Shown piece after piece: positions 27,236-36,779 of a DNA stretch of 64,000 nt (its first letter is position 1; each line of letters starts with the position of its first letter). The DNA is from Fusobacteriaceae bacterium (GTDB taxonomy: Bacteria > Fusobacteriota > Fusobacteriia > Fusobacteriales > Fusobacteriaceae). Both the position numbers and the translations under genes were made by a program. The notes under the pieces were generated by a model. That model saw only the letters and a program-made list of their open reading frames with translations. It was not told the DNA's origin and made no database searches. The stretch covers positions 895 through 64,894 of the forward strand of contig JBOFCM010000129.1 of assembly GCA_051646055.1 (NCBI GenBank). The letters are read 5' to 3'.

Positions 27236-28744
27236 ATGAGAGAGAGAGTACTTCTGCATGAGTTTGCAAAAGTTATAAATTCAGATAGATATCAGTATAC
27301 TGAAAGCGATGTTTTGATAAATCAGGGACTTCAGGATAAAGTGGCAGTTTTTGATATGTATTTTCGTAGTACTGAAGATGGTGGATTTGCAGTGGTTTCA
27401 GGAGTTCAGGAGGTAATAGAACTTATAGAGATATTGAACAGCACTCCTGAAGAGATAAAGAGAGAGTATTTTGAAGCTGTAATACATGAAAAAAAGCTTG
27501 TAGAATATTTGGTTAAACTCAAATTTACAGGTGATCTTTATGCTATGAGGGACGGAGAGATAGCATATCCCAATGAACCGGTGATAACGATAAAAGCCCC
27601 TCTTATTCAGGCAAAAATACTGGAGACACCTATATTGAACATAATGAACATGCAGATGGCTATTGCCACAAAGGCATCCCGTGTAACAAGAGCGGCAGCT
27701 CCTGTGGGAGTTTTGTCTTTTGGAAGCCGTAGAGCCCACGGTTTTGATAGTGCAGTGGCAGGGAATAAGGCGGCAATAATAGGAGGATGTATTACCCATT
27801 CGAATCTGGCTACAGAGTATAAATATGGGATTCCAAGTGTAGGAACGATGGCGCATTCATATATTCAAATTTTTGGAGTGGGAGCGGAAGCTGAAAAAAA
27901 AGCCTTTGATGCCTTTATAAAATGTAGAAGAGAGAGAGAGGCCAACTCTTTGTACCTGCTGATAGATACATACAATACATTGAAGATAGGAATTAGAAAT
28001 GCTATTCAGTCTTTCCGTGATAACGGAATAGATGATTCCTACCCTGGAAGTTACGGAGTGCGTATAGATTCTGGAGATTTGGCGTATCTTTCTAAAAAAA
28101 TCCGTGTTGAACTGGATAGGGCAGGAATGTACAAGGCCAAAATTATACTTACCAATGCTCTTAATGAAGAGGTTATAAGATCCTTAAAAGAACAGGGAGC
28201 AGCAATGGATATACTGGGAGTGGGAGATACGATAGCCACAAGTAAATCTAGACCATGCTTTGGAGGAGTTTATAAGATTGTAGAGATAGACGGCGAAGCT
28301 GTAATAAAGCTTTCAGAGGATGTGATAAAAATATCTAATCCCGGTTTCAAAGAGGTCTATCGGGTATATGACAGAGATGGTTTTGCCTATGCCGACCTTA
28401 TAACTCTTGTAGGTAGAGACAGGGATAAGGAGCAGCTTCTCAAAGGGGAAAGAGTAGAGCTGAGAGATGAAAAATATGATTTCCAGACCAGCGTTTTAAA
28501 AGAGGGAAGTTATACGGTAAAAAAACTTACTAAACATTATGTTAAAGGGGGCCAGATATCTCAAGAAGCAGATGAACTTTATGAGATTTGGGAGAGCAGA
28601 GAGTATTACTTGAAAAATTTGGAGAAACTTTCAGAAGAGCGTAAGAGATTGGAAAATCCCCATAGATATAAAGTGGATCTTTCTCACGATCTTTTAAAAT
28701 TGAAGTATTCTCTTATAAAGAAAATAAAAAACACTCTGGATTAA
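27236..28744 (+). CDS. pncB: Nicotinate phosphoribosyltransferase
   Basis: 502 aa, collinear with NAPRTase (DRYQYT N-terminus, FGSRRAHG and GTMAHS motifs). Confidence 0.85.
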   Translation: MRERVLLHEFAKVINSDRYQYTESDVLINQGLQDKVAVFDMYFRSTEDGGFAVVSGVQEVIELIEILNSTPEEIKREYFEAVIHEKKLVEYLVKLKFTGDLYAMRDGEIAYPNEPVITIKAPLIQAKILETPILNIMNMQMAIATKASRVTRAAAPVGVLSFGSRRAHGFDSAVAGNKAAIIGGCITHSNLATEYKYGIPSVGTMAHSYIQIFGVGAEAEKKAFDAFIKCRREREANSLYLLIDTYNTLKIGIRNAIQSFRDNGIDDSYPGSYGVRIDSGDLAYLSKKIRVELDRAGMYKAKIILTNALNEEVIRSLKEQGAAMDILGVGDTIATSKSRPCFGGVYKIVEIDGEAVIKLSEDVIKISNPGFKEVYRVYDRDGFAYADLITLVGRDRDKEQLLKGERVELRDEKYDFQTSVLKEGSYTVKKLTKHYVKGGQISQEADELYEIWESREYYLKNLEKLSEERKRLENPHRYKVDLSHDLLKLKYSLIKKIKNTLD

Positions 28745-29109
28745 GAGAGTGCTTTTACAAGAAGATGGGCGGTAGCTATATTTGTAGCAATAGGGATTTT
28801 ATGCACATCTGCAAGACGGATAAGAGCTGTAATATCTGGCTCGTGTGGCTGGGCCATAAGAGGATCTCTTAGAAAAAATATGGCAGCCATTTTATCCATG
28901 GCAATCTCTGCTCCTATCTGCTGGTCTCCTCCAAGAGGCCCAGATAGAAATCTGTGAATTTTGAGTCCGGTAGCTTCTGAAACACGGAGCCCTGTAGTTC
29001 CAGTTGAAACTATATTCTGTTTCTGGAAAAACTCCAGATGAGTAGATACAAACTCTACCATGGATGGCTTCATATTGTCGTGGGCGATGATGGCAACTTT
29101 TTTCTGCAT
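28741..29109 (-). CDS. mgsA: Methylglyoxal synthase
   Basis: VAIIAHDNMKP and GPLGGDQQIGA motifs. ATG 29109 is preceded by GGAGGTA; the longer ORF-track start is unsupported. Confidence 0.88.
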   Translation of the reverse strand: MQKKVAIIAHDNMKPSMVEFVSTHLEFFQKQNIVSTGTTGLRVSEATGLKIHRFLSGPLGGDQQIGAEIAMDKMAAIFFLRDPLMAQPHEPDITALIRLADVHKIPIATNIATAHLLVKALS

Positions 29110-29192
29110 GATAATAATACCTCCATTAAAGTGTCTTAGAGAGAGTATACTTGAAAAAAAAAAGTTTTGCAAGCAAATATAAGGAGAAAACA

Positions 29193-30110
29193 ATGGAATT
29201 TAGAGAGATAAAATATATAGAAAGAAAAACTGGAGAATTAAAACAGGAACAGGTTCCTGGAGAAAGTTTTCTAAAATTTTTATACTACAATCCCTTTGGA
29301 GAGCTTTCTCTTAACAGTGTAGTAAAAAGAAAACTGCTTACTGCTTTTTATGGGAGGCAGATGGACAGTAAAAAATCTGTAGAAAAAATATTAGATTTCG
29401 TCAAAAATACAGGAATAGACATGAGTGAATCGAAGAAAACTGTGGGAGAATTTAAAAGCTTCAATGACTTTTTTATAAGAGAGTTAAAGGAAGGCATGCG
29501 ACCTGTGGATATGAATGAAAATGCACTTACTTCCCCGGCAGACGGAAAGATATTTGTTTATGAAGATATGGATGATTTAAAGAAGTTCTTTGTAAAGGGA
29601 GATGAGTTTTCCCTGAAAGAGTTTTTAAAAGATGAGAGTCTTGCTGAAAAATATAGAGGAGGAGTCTTTATGATAGTGAGACTGGCTCCAGTAGATTATC
29701 ATAGATTTCACTTTCCAGCTGAAGGATATATATCTTCAAGTTCACTTATAAAAGGATATTATTATTCGGTTTCGACCCATGCTATAAGAAAAAATTTCAG
29801 AATATATATGGAAAATAAGCGTGAATATTCAATATTGAAAACTGAAAATTTTGGAGATATACTTATGTCAGAGATAGCTGCTACCATGGTAGGAGGAATA
29901 GAGCAAAGCTATAAGCCTAATAGCTTTGTAAAAAAAGGAGCTGAGAAGGGATACTTTTATTTTGGAGGTTCTACCTGTATACTTCTTTTTGAAAAGGGAA
30001 AAGTTCAGATAGACAGAGATCTTCTTGAAAATAGTCAAAAAGGAATTGAGACCAAGGTCTACATGGGAGAAAAAATAGGTGTGAGCTTAAGAGGTGAAAA
30101 TGAAAAATAG
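29193..30110 (+). CDS. psd: Phosphatidylserine decarboxylase proenzyme
   Basis: Self-cleavage G-S-T motif (FGGSTCILLF). ATG 29193 is preceded by AAGGAG. Confidence 0.85.
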   Translation: MEFREIKYIERKTGELKQEQVPGESFLKFLYYNPFGELSLNSVVKRKLLTAFYGRQMDSKKSVEKILDFVKNTGIDMSESKKTVGEFKSFNDFFIRELKEGMRPVDMNENALTSPADGKIFVYEDMDDLKKFFVKGDEFSLKEFLKDESLAEKYRGGVFMIVRLAPVDYHRFHFPAEGYISSSSLIKGYYYSVSTHAIRKNFRIYMENKREYSILKTENFGDILMSEIAATMVGGIEQSYKPNSFVKKGAEKGYFYFGGSTCILLFEKGKVQIDRDLLENSQKGIETKVYMGEKIGVSLRGENEK

Positions 30111-30495
30111 CCAAAAAGGAAGATTTTTCAGAAAGGGAGATCTTCTAATTTATCTTTTTCTGGCAGTTTTTTTTATGGGAGTGGGGCATAGAGGCTATAC
30201 CATGGAAGATATAAAAGGTTCCAAAGCAGAAATCTATGTGGATGGAAAACTGAAATATGTTCATAACCTTCAGAATGAGGAAAAAAACATATTTGTAGAA
30301 ACTGAATTGGGAGGAATTAATGTACAGTTGCAGGATAGAAAAGTGAGAGTAACTGCATCAAATTCTCCTAAAAAGTTGATAGTTAAACAGGGATGGATAG
30401 CCAAACCCGGAGAGGTCCTTATTGGAATTCCAGATAAAGTTATAGTTAAAATAATAGGTGAAGGAGATGAGGAATTAGATTATGTTGCAAAGTAG
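30100..30495 (+). CDS. NusG domain II-containing membrane-anchored protein
   Basis: N-terminal TM, then AEIYVDGKL...VKQGWIAKPGEVLIGIPDKVIVKI, typical of the NusG_II family. Start is ATG 30100 or GTG 30094. Overlaps the psd stop. Confidence 0.7.
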   Translation: MKNSQKGRFFRKGDLLIYLFLAVFFMGVGHRGYTMEDIKGSKAEIYVDGKLKYVHNLQNEEKNIFVETELGGINVQLQDRKVRVTASNSPKKLIVKQGWIAKPGEVLIGIPDKVIVKIIGEGDEELDYVAK

Positions 30496-31579
30496 AAAAG
30501 GCTTTATGCTGAAAATAGGAATACTACTTATAATAGTTGTTATTTTCCAAAGTTTTCTCCAAAATGGAGCGGAACTTAAAAATATATTAAATACAGTGAT
30601 GGGCTATATTAAACCATTCATATACGCTATATTTATAGCCATAATACTCCATCCTATATCTAAACTTTTAGAGGATAAGTTTAAAATGAAGAGGTGGATA
30701 GCCATTACTCTTTCAGTAATAGGTGTAATTTTACTTCTTGCGGCACTTGTACTTGCAATGGTTCCAGGACTTTCTGCAAGTATCAGAGAGATAGTGGAGA
30801 AAGCCCCAGAGTATGAGGTAACCTTGACACGTTGGACGGAAAAAGCCCTGGAGCTCCTTAGAGCCAAAGGGATAGTTACCATAGAATCGGGTCAGCTTAA
30901 ATCGGTTATAGATAGTTTTCTCTCGGGAAATAAACTCACAATTTTTAGAAGCATAAGCGTAAGTTTCATGGGAATGCTGGTTATAATAGGACAGGTTACC
31001 TTAGGTTTTCTTTTGGCGATATTTTTTATAAATGACCGTGAATATTTTGAAAAACTTGTCTATAATGTAGTATATATTGCTACTGATAAAAAAAGAGCAG
31101 AAGAATCCATAGTTTTTCTGGATAAATCCAGAATGATATTTCTTAACTACATGTGGGGGAAAACTCTTTCTTCAGCAGGAGTGGCAACGATAGCTTTTTT
31201 AGCAATGCTCTTTACTGGTGTGCCCTATGCAGGGCTTATAGCAGTACTTCTTGGAGTTGGAAATATGATTCCTTATGTGGGAGCAATATTTGCAGTGACA
31301 GTTGGACTTGTTTTGGTTCTAATAGCAGATCCTACAAAAGTTGCATATCTCTTTATTGCCAACGGAATATCACAGCAGTTAGAATCTATATATATCAGCC
31401 CTAAAATAATAGGAAAAACAGTAGGGCTGAGCAGTTTCTGGGTAATCACTGGAGTGCTTCTAGGAGGGGCTGTTATGGGACCTCTAGGAATGATATTCGG
31501 AGTTCCGGTAGTTGGAATTTTAAAATTGATATACTCTATGAGATTGGAAAAAAAGAAAAATAGGAGAGTGGAAGAATGA
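30482..31579 (+). CDS. AI-2E family transporter (PerM/UPF0118)
   Basis: 365-aa, ~8-TM protein with the typical C-terminal GLSSFWVITGVLLGGAVMGPLGMIFGVP segment. Confidence 0.8.
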   Translation: MLQSRKGFMLKIGILLIIVVIFQSFLQNGAELKNILNTVMGYIKPFIYAIFIAIILHPISKLLEDKFKMKRWIAITLSVIGVILLLAALVLAMVPGLSASIREIVEKAPEYEVTLTRWTEKALELLRAKGIVTIESGQLKSVIDSFLSGNKLTIFRSISVSFMGMLVIIGQVTLGFLLAIFFINDREYFEKLVYNVVYIATDKKRAEESIVFLDKSRMIFLNYMWGKTLSSAGVATIAFLAMLFTGVPYAGLIAVLLGVGNMIPYVGAIFAVTVGLVLVLIADPTKVAYLFIANGISQQLESIYISPKIIGKTVGLSSFWVITGVLLGGAVMGPLGMIFGVPVVGILKLIYSMRLEKKKNRRVEE

Positions 31580-32715
31580 ATGGAAAGAAGATAACACTAA
31601 TAGCCTCGGCCTCTATGGGAATTGAGGGGATAGTAAAAGATGAATGTAAAAATTTAGGGTTTGAAAATGTAAATACTCATAACGGGAGAGTTGAGTTTGA
31701 CGGGACACTGGTAGATATTCCTAAAGCAAATATAAACCTCAGATGTGCAGATAGAGTTTACCTAAAAATGGGACAGTTTAAAGCCAGATCTTTTGAAGAA
31801 CTGTTTCAAGAAGTGCTTTCAATTCCTTGGGAGGATATAATTCCAATAGATGGAGAATTTCCTATAAGCTGGGTAAGTGCTGTAAATTGTAAACTTTTTT
31901 CAAAATCAGATATACAGAAAATAGCTAAAAAAGCTATAGTTGAAAGGCTTAAAAAAAAATATAGACAAATAGTGTTCAAAGAGAATGGAGCTAAATATGC
32001 TATAAAAATTCAGGGTCTCAAAGATGAGTTTCTGATAATGATAGATACAAGTGGAGAGGCACTTCATAAGAGAGGATACAGATATCTTCATAACGAAGCT
32101 CCAATAAAAGAAACAATGGCAGCAGCCATGGTATACCTTTCTCACTGGAAAGGAGGAGAACTTCCTATGTTGGATCCAATGTGTGGAACAGGAACTATCC
32201 CTATTGAAGCAGCTATGATAGCGAGAAATATTGCTCCAGGAGTAAACAGGAACTTTGCCGCTGAAGCATGGGATATAATTCCTTTAGATGTGTGGCTAGA
32301 AGCTAGAGATGATGCTATGAGTAAAGAAAATTATGAGAAGACAGTAAAAGTTTATGGTTCGGACATAGATGAGGCTTCTATAAAAATAGCTCAAAAAAAT
32401 GCAGAAAAAGCCGGAGTAGAAGATGACATAATATTTGAAGTTAAAAATGTACTGACTTTGGAACCTGAAGAGAAAAAGGGAGCTATAATAACCAATCCGC
32501 CATATGGAGACAGACTTATGACAGAGGAAGCTGTTCAAAGACTTTACACTCTCCTTGGAGATATATATAGAATGAGATTTAATAGATGGTCCATGTATAT
32601 TATAACTTCTTATGAAGAGTTTCAAGAATACTTCGGAAAAAAAGCTACTAAAAATAGAAAACTTTATAATGGTGGATTGAAGTGCTATTTCTATCAGTAT
32701 CATGGGGAGAGATAA
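31576..32715 (+). CDS. THUMP domain-containing class I SAM-dependent RNA methyltransferase (RlmL/YpsC-like)
   Basis: N-terminal THUMP region, SAM motif DPMCGTGT, catalytic NPPYG. ATGA overlap with the upstream gene. Confidence 0.85.
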   Translation: MNGKKITLIASASMGIEGIVKDECKNLGFENVNTHNGRVEFDGTLVDIPKANINLRCADRVYLKMGQFKARSFEELFQEVLSIPWEDIIPIDGEFPISWVSAVNCKLFSKSDIQKIAKKAIVERLKKKYRQIVFKENGAKYAIKIQGLKDEFLIMIDTSGEALHKRGYRYLHNEAPIKETMAAAMVYLSHWKGGELPMLDPMCGTGTIPIEAAMIARNIAPGVNRNFAAEAWDIIPLDVWLEARDDAMSKENYEKTVKVYGSDIDEASIKIAQKNAEKAGVEDDIIFEVKNVLTLEPEEKKGAIITNPPYGDRLMTEEAVQRLYTLLGDIYRMRFNRWSMYIITSYEEFQEYFGKKATKNRKLYNGGLKCYFYQYHGER

Positions 32716-32716
32716 T

Positions 32717-33385
32717 ATGGATTTAGAAAAATTTAAGAAGTATGCCAGTGAGATAGCTCTTGCTATATTAGCTCTAGGAAAGTCTAGAATAGATAGCCTG
32801 AGGGAGATAGGAGATCTTTCTGGAGCAGAGATACTGGAAAGGGATTTTATTCCAAAATATGAGAAACTCTATCTAGGTCTAGAGAGCGAAGATTTTAAAA
32901 AAGCTTTTGAAGAGGATAGTTCTTCTTTGGAAAAACTTTTCAATGATATTATGGAAAAAAATGGATTTACAAAAGAAGGAATTCTTGAAAAAATGAAAAA
33001 ACGTGAAACTTTAGAAGAAAACAATGGTGCTCGAGCTGTAAAACAGTTATTCCAGCACGAACTTTCAGAGATAAAAAGAAGAAAAAACAGATATATAGAG
33101 GAAGCTGACGAAGTTTTAAAAGAGGAATTTATTGTGAATACAGAACTTAGCAACAGCATCCAGCAGGAGGAGCAGGAGGAGATTATATATAAGCTTCACC
33201 CTCTTCGTGAAAAATTTAGAATTTTGGATGGAAAACTTATAGAACTGGAAAAAAGAGAGAAAGAACTGGAAGAGAGAATTCAAAAAAAATGGAGCTATGA
33301 AATCTACGGAACTCTTTCTCAGGAAGAACTAAAAAAAGTTTTCGGAGAACATTATGGGAAGGTGGACGATGAAAAGAATGATTAA
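32717..33385 (+). CDS. Hypothetical acidic coiled-coil protein
   Basis: 222-aa E/K-rich ORF. Its ATG lies 1 nt after the upstream stop and follows GGGGAGAG. No family recognised. Confidence 0.55.
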   Translation: MDLEKFKKYASEIALAILALGKSRIDSLREIGDLSGAEILERDFIPKYEKLYLGLESEDFKKAFEEDSSSLEKLFNDIMEKNGFTKEGILEKMKKRETLEENNGARAVKQLFQHELSEIKRRKNRYIEEADEVLKEEFIVNTELSNSIQQEEQEEIIYKLHPLREKFRILDGKLIELEKREKELEERIQKKWSYEIYGTLSQEELKKVFGEHYGKVDDEKND

Positions 33386-33398
33386 TATAATAATTTTA

Positions 33399-33427
33399 TT
33401 GATAATAATTGCTGTAATACATATAAT
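33399..33427 (+). promoter_or_regulatory. Consensus-like promoter upstream of the cyclophilin core
   Basis: TTGATA (33399-33404), 17-nt spacer, TATAAT (33422-33427). Confidence 0.45.
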
Positions 33428-33503
33428 CGCTCAAAAAATTAAAGGCGGAAAACCCTTTGATTTTAAAGAAAATAAAAAAACCATAACACAGGAGGCAAAA
33501 AGC

Positions 33504-34016
33504 ATGACAAATATCAATTTAGGTGCAGTTATCAAAACAACTAAGGGTGATATCCATATTAAATTTTTTCCAGAGATAGCTCCAATGACAGTTACGAATA
33601 TGGTAACTCTTGCAAAGAACGGATTCTATGACGGAATCAAATTCCATAGAGTTATAGCTGATTTCATGATTCAAGGGGGAGACCCTACTGGAACTGGTTC
33701 AGGAGGACCTGGATATAACTTTGGAGATGAATTCCATAGAGATTATAAATTCACAAAGCCAGGAATACTTGCTATGGCAAATGCAGGACCAGGAACTAAC
33801 GGTTCACAGTTCTTCATAACTCATATACCTACTGAGTGGCTAAACAATAAGCACACAATATTTGGAGAGGTAGTTTCACCGGCTGACCAAGATATAGTAA
33901 ATCTTATCAAGCAGGGAGATCTTATCAATACAATAGAGATTACTGGAGATGTTGAGGAATTTATGACAGCTAATGCAGAACTTGTAGCTCAGATTGAGGG
34001 TATGATAAAAAAATAG
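33504..34016 (+). CDS. Peptidyl-prolyl cis-trans isomerase, cyclophilin type
   Basis: Cyclophilin motifs [15 protein letters not shown] and GSQFFIT. ATG 33504 has AGGAGG 8 nt upstream. The frame stays open upstream to ATG 33369, which would add a single TM anchor. Confidence 0.85.
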   Translation: MTNINLGAVIKTTKGDIHIKFFPEIAPMTVTNMVTLAKNGFYDGIKFHRVIADFMIQGGDPTGTGSGGPGYNFGDEFHRDYKFTKPGILAMANAGPGTNGSQFFITHIPTEWLNNKHTIFGEVVSPADQDIVNLIKQGDLINTIEITGDVEEFMTANAELVAQIEGMIKK

Positions 34017-34159
34017 TCAATACATAAAATAAAATCTCTTGAAATTGGAAAATAATTGAGAAAATATATTGATTTTTTGAAAATTATGAGGTATATAGAT
34101 AATATAGTAGCTTACAGATTTTTCAAATTATCTTTTTTCTAATTAAAGGAGAGGTGGGT

Positions 34160-34363
34160 ATGGAAAAATATTTAGTAACAGAAGCGGAAAAACAGGAAGC
34201 AGTGAATAAATTCCCAGTACTTTCATGTAAATATTCAGTGGGGATAGATTATGGGTATCACTTTTCAGTAAAATGCACAGCTTTTTTGGGAACCTGTACA
34301 TATATGTGTGCGGAGGAAAATGGAAATAGAGACTGTGTTGTTCTAAAAAGAACTGCAACCTAA
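34160..34363 (+). CDS. Small Cys-containing hypothetical protein (67 aa, 5 Cys)
   Basis: Strong AAAGGAGAGG RBS 5 nt before the ATG. Lies directly upstream of a thioredoxin-fold gene. No family recognised. Confidence 0.5.
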   Translation: MEKYLVTEAEKQEAVNKFPVLSCKYSVGIDYGYHFSVKCTAFLGTCTYMCAEENGNRDCVVLKRTAT

Positions 34364-34388
34364 TCCACTTCTCACAATTGGAGGATAG

Positions 34389-34883
34389 ATGAATCTGAGA
34401 GAATTTTATGATGTAGGAATGAATTTTGAGATGTTTGTGGGAACGGGAAGCCGTAGTGAGAGAGATAGAATTCCTAAAAACTACAGTAGAATATCAATAG
34501 CATCTGAAGATATTGAAAAAATAAAAAGTTTTGGAGCTATAAAATTCCTAATAGTGGGAGAGATATGGTGTTTTGACGTACAATTGAACAGCTCAGTAGT
34601 AAGAAAATTTTGTGAAATTAATCACAACTTTGATATGAGAGTTATAACAAAGGGAAGAGGAGAAAAATTTCTCAAACCCATGTTAGAACTGGAAGAGTTA
34701 AAAATCCCTCTTATTCTTATATTGAATGAGGATGGAGAGCTTCTTGGGAAATTTCAAGAGAGACCTCAAACCGTAAAAGCCCACGGAGATTTTCAAGAAA
34801 TAAAGGTAGATTATTTTAAGGGAGCCTATCTGAACGATACGGTAAAAGAACTTATAGAACTTTTAGAGAAATCAGAAATATAA
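34389..34883 (+). CDS. Thioredoxin-fold family protein (Thioredoxin_9-like, non-canonical active site)
   Basis: FLIVGEIWCFDVQ occupies the position of the WCxxC motif, and a proline follows in PLILILNEDGE, which resembles the thioredoxin-fold cis-Pro region by position only. Recall-based. Confidence 0.55.
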   Translation: MNLREFYDVGMNFEMFVGTGSRSERDRIPKNYSRISIASEDIEKIKSFGAIKFLIVGEIWCFDVQLNSSVVRKFCEINHNFDMRVITKGRGEKFLKPMLELEELKIPLILILNEDGELLGKFQERPQTVKAHGDFQEIKVDYFKGAYLNDTVKELIELLEKSEI

Positions 34884-34889
34884 GAAAAG

Positions 34890-34924
34890 TAGAGGCGAGA
34901 ACTTCGCCTCTATTGTTTTTTTTT
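34890..34924 (+). terminator. Intrinsic terminator
   Basis: Stem AGAGGCGA / TCGCCTCT followed by ATTG and T9. Confidence 0.7.
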
Positions 34925-34971
34925 GGAAAATCCTATATAATAGGTTAGAAAAAAAGAAATGAGGAAAAAAG

Positions 34972-35748
34972 ATGAGAATATCCATACTTGGAAGCGGGAG
35001 TTCCGGGAACCTTACTTTTGTTGACTGTGAGGGAACTAAACTTCTTATAGATGCAGGTTTCAGCTGTAAAAAAATTGAGGAAAAACTGAAAGAGATAGGA
35101 GAAAATCTAGAAAATATAGATGGAATCCTGGTGACCCACGAACACGGAGATCATATAATGGGAGCGGGTATAGCTTCGAGAAAATACGATATCCCTATAT
35201 ATATAGCGGAAGAAAGCTACAGGGCAGCAGAGCATAAATTCGGAAAACTTTCCCCTGGGAATCTGATATTTATAGACGGGAAATTCACAGTGGGAGATGG
35301 AGTTTTGGTAACTCCTTTTGATGTTTTGCACGATGCAGAAAGAACTTTGGGATATAGAATAGAGATTCCTGGTGGAAAGGCTATAGCTATAGCTACAGAT
35401 ATAGGCTATGCAGATAATGGTGTCAAGGAGCATTTTAAGGATATAGATCTTATGGTTATAGAGTGTAATTATGACTATCATATGCTTATGGAGTCAGCAT
35501 ATCCTTGGGATCTTAAGGCTCGAGTAAAAGGACGGAACGGACATCTTTCCAATAATGATGCAGCAAAACTTATAAGAGATGTATATTCAGAGAGATTGAA
35601 AAAGGCTTTTCTTGTCCATGTGAGCAAGGATAGCAATAAATATTCTCTGGCCGTGGATACAGTGAGAAAAGAACTCAGTGAAAATAAGATAGATTTAGAA
35701 CTAGAGGTAGCAACTCAGAATGAAGTCACATCAGTATGGGAATACTGA
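34972..35748 (+). CDS. MBL-fold metallo-hydrolase (YycJ/WalJ-like)
   Basis: HxHxDH motif (THEHGDH), 258 aa. Confidence 0.8.
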   Translation: MRISILGSGSSGNLTFVDCEGTKLLIDAGFSCKKIEEKLKEIGENLENIDGILVTHEHGDHIMGAGIASRKYDIPIYIAEESYRAAEHKFGKLSPGNLIFIDGKFTVGDGVLVTPFDVLHDAERTLGYRIEIPGGKAIAIATDIGYADNGVKEHFKDIDLMVIECNYDYHMLMESAYPWDLKARVKGRNGHLSNNDAAKLIRDVYSERLKKAFLVHVSKDSNKYSLAVDTVRKELSENKIDLELEVATQNEVTSVWEY

Positions 35749-35786
35749 CAGTGAAAAGAAAAAATTAAAAATAGAAGGAGGAAAAT

Positions 35787-36362
35787 ATGGACATAGAATC
35801 TCTATGGGAAGAGATGGTCTTTGAGGTGGGAACAATTGGAAAACATCTCAAGGACAAAAAAACTCTTATAGGAGCTGGGAATCATTTTACAGCCGATCTG
35901 GTTTTTGTAGGAGATGAATCGGAACTTTTTATGGATGAGGAATTCAGAACAAGGGAGGGATCTTCTGGAGAGTTTTTGAAAAAACTTTTGGACCTTCTTG
36001 AACTGGAACAGGAAGATTACTACCTAACAACTCTCTCTAAGTCCAATTACAAGTTTCTAACATTCAGTGAAGAGGATCAAGAGTTATTGCTAGATTATCT
36101 GAAGATGCAGATTTCAATAATAAAACCTAAAATTATAGTTGCCTTTGGGGGCGATGTAGGAAGCTATATTCTGGGAAGAGATTTAAATTTTTCAGAAGAG
36201 AAAGGAAAACTTTTGAATTTGGCAGGGGATATGAAACTGATAGTTACTTATGCTCCAGGATTTGCCCTTAAATCTAGAAATGAAGCAGGAAAAAATTCAC
36301 AAGTAGCTAAAGAGTTCTGGAATGATCTGAAATTGGCAAAAAACTATATGTTAGAAGATTAA
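35787..36362 (+). CDS. Uracil-DNA glycosylase superfamily-like protein with degenerate motifs
   Basis: LVFVGDES...GSSGEFLKKLL resembles family 4/5 UDG motif A plus the following helix. There are no Cys residues, and the position of the HPS motif reads YAPGF. Confidence 0.45.
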   Translation: MDIESLWEEMVFEVGTIGKHLKDKKTLIGAGNHFTADLVFVGDESELFMDEEFRTREGSSGEFLKKLLDLLELEQEDYYLTTLSKSNYKFLTFSEEDQELLLDYLKMQISIIKPKIIVAFGGDVGSYILGRDLNFSEEKGKLLNLAGDMKLIVTYAPGFALKSRNEAGKNSQVAKEFWNDLKLAKNYMLED

Positions 36363-36454
36363 TCCAGAGCAAAGAGAATCCTTATTGAAAAAAAAAGAAA
36401 GTATGATATAATTATTTTATATAAACTTAAACTAAAATTTATAGGGGGAAAATA

Positions 36455-36727
36455 ATGAACGAATTAATTGCAAAATATGGTGGAATGGTATTTACTTTTG
36501 TTATCTGGATAGCTGTTTTCTATTTTTTACTAATACTTCCAAACAAGAAAAAACAGAAAAAACATGATGAGATGTTAAACTCTCTGAAAGAGGGAGCAGA
36601 AGTTTTGACTTCTGGAGGGATAAAAGGAACAGTTAGTTCAATATCACCAGAGTATATTGTAATCAGAGTGGATAAAGGTGTAAATCTTACTGTTAAAAGA
36701 AGTTCAATAGTTACAATTTTAAAATAA
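36455..36727 (+). CDS. yajC: Preprotein translocase subunit YajC
   Basis: Single TM followed by KKQKKHDEMLNSLKEGAEVLTSGGIKGTV, typical of YajC. Confidence 0.88.
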   Translation: MNELIAKYGGMVFTFVIWIAVFYFLLILPNKKKQKKHDEMLNSLKEGAEVLTSGGIKGTVSSISPEYIVIRVDKGVNLTVKRSSIVTILK

Positions 36728-36730
36728 AAA

Positions 36731-36778
36731 ATAGCAAATAAAAAAAGCGGATTTTACTCCGCTTTTTTTATTTGCTAT
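36731..36778. terminator. Bidirectional terminator, perfect 21-bp inverted repeat
   Basis: ATAGCAAATAAAAAAAGCGGA, loop TTTTAC, TCCGCTTTTTTTATTTGCTAT, between yajC (+) and glnN (-). Confidence 0.8.
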
Positions 36779-36779
36779 T

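Noticed and set aside
34143-34358. 71-aa minus-strand ORF overlapping the small Cys-rich ORF
   Set aside because: It has no RBS. The plus-strand ORF has AAAGGAGAGG at ideal spacing and matches the direction of the flanking operon.
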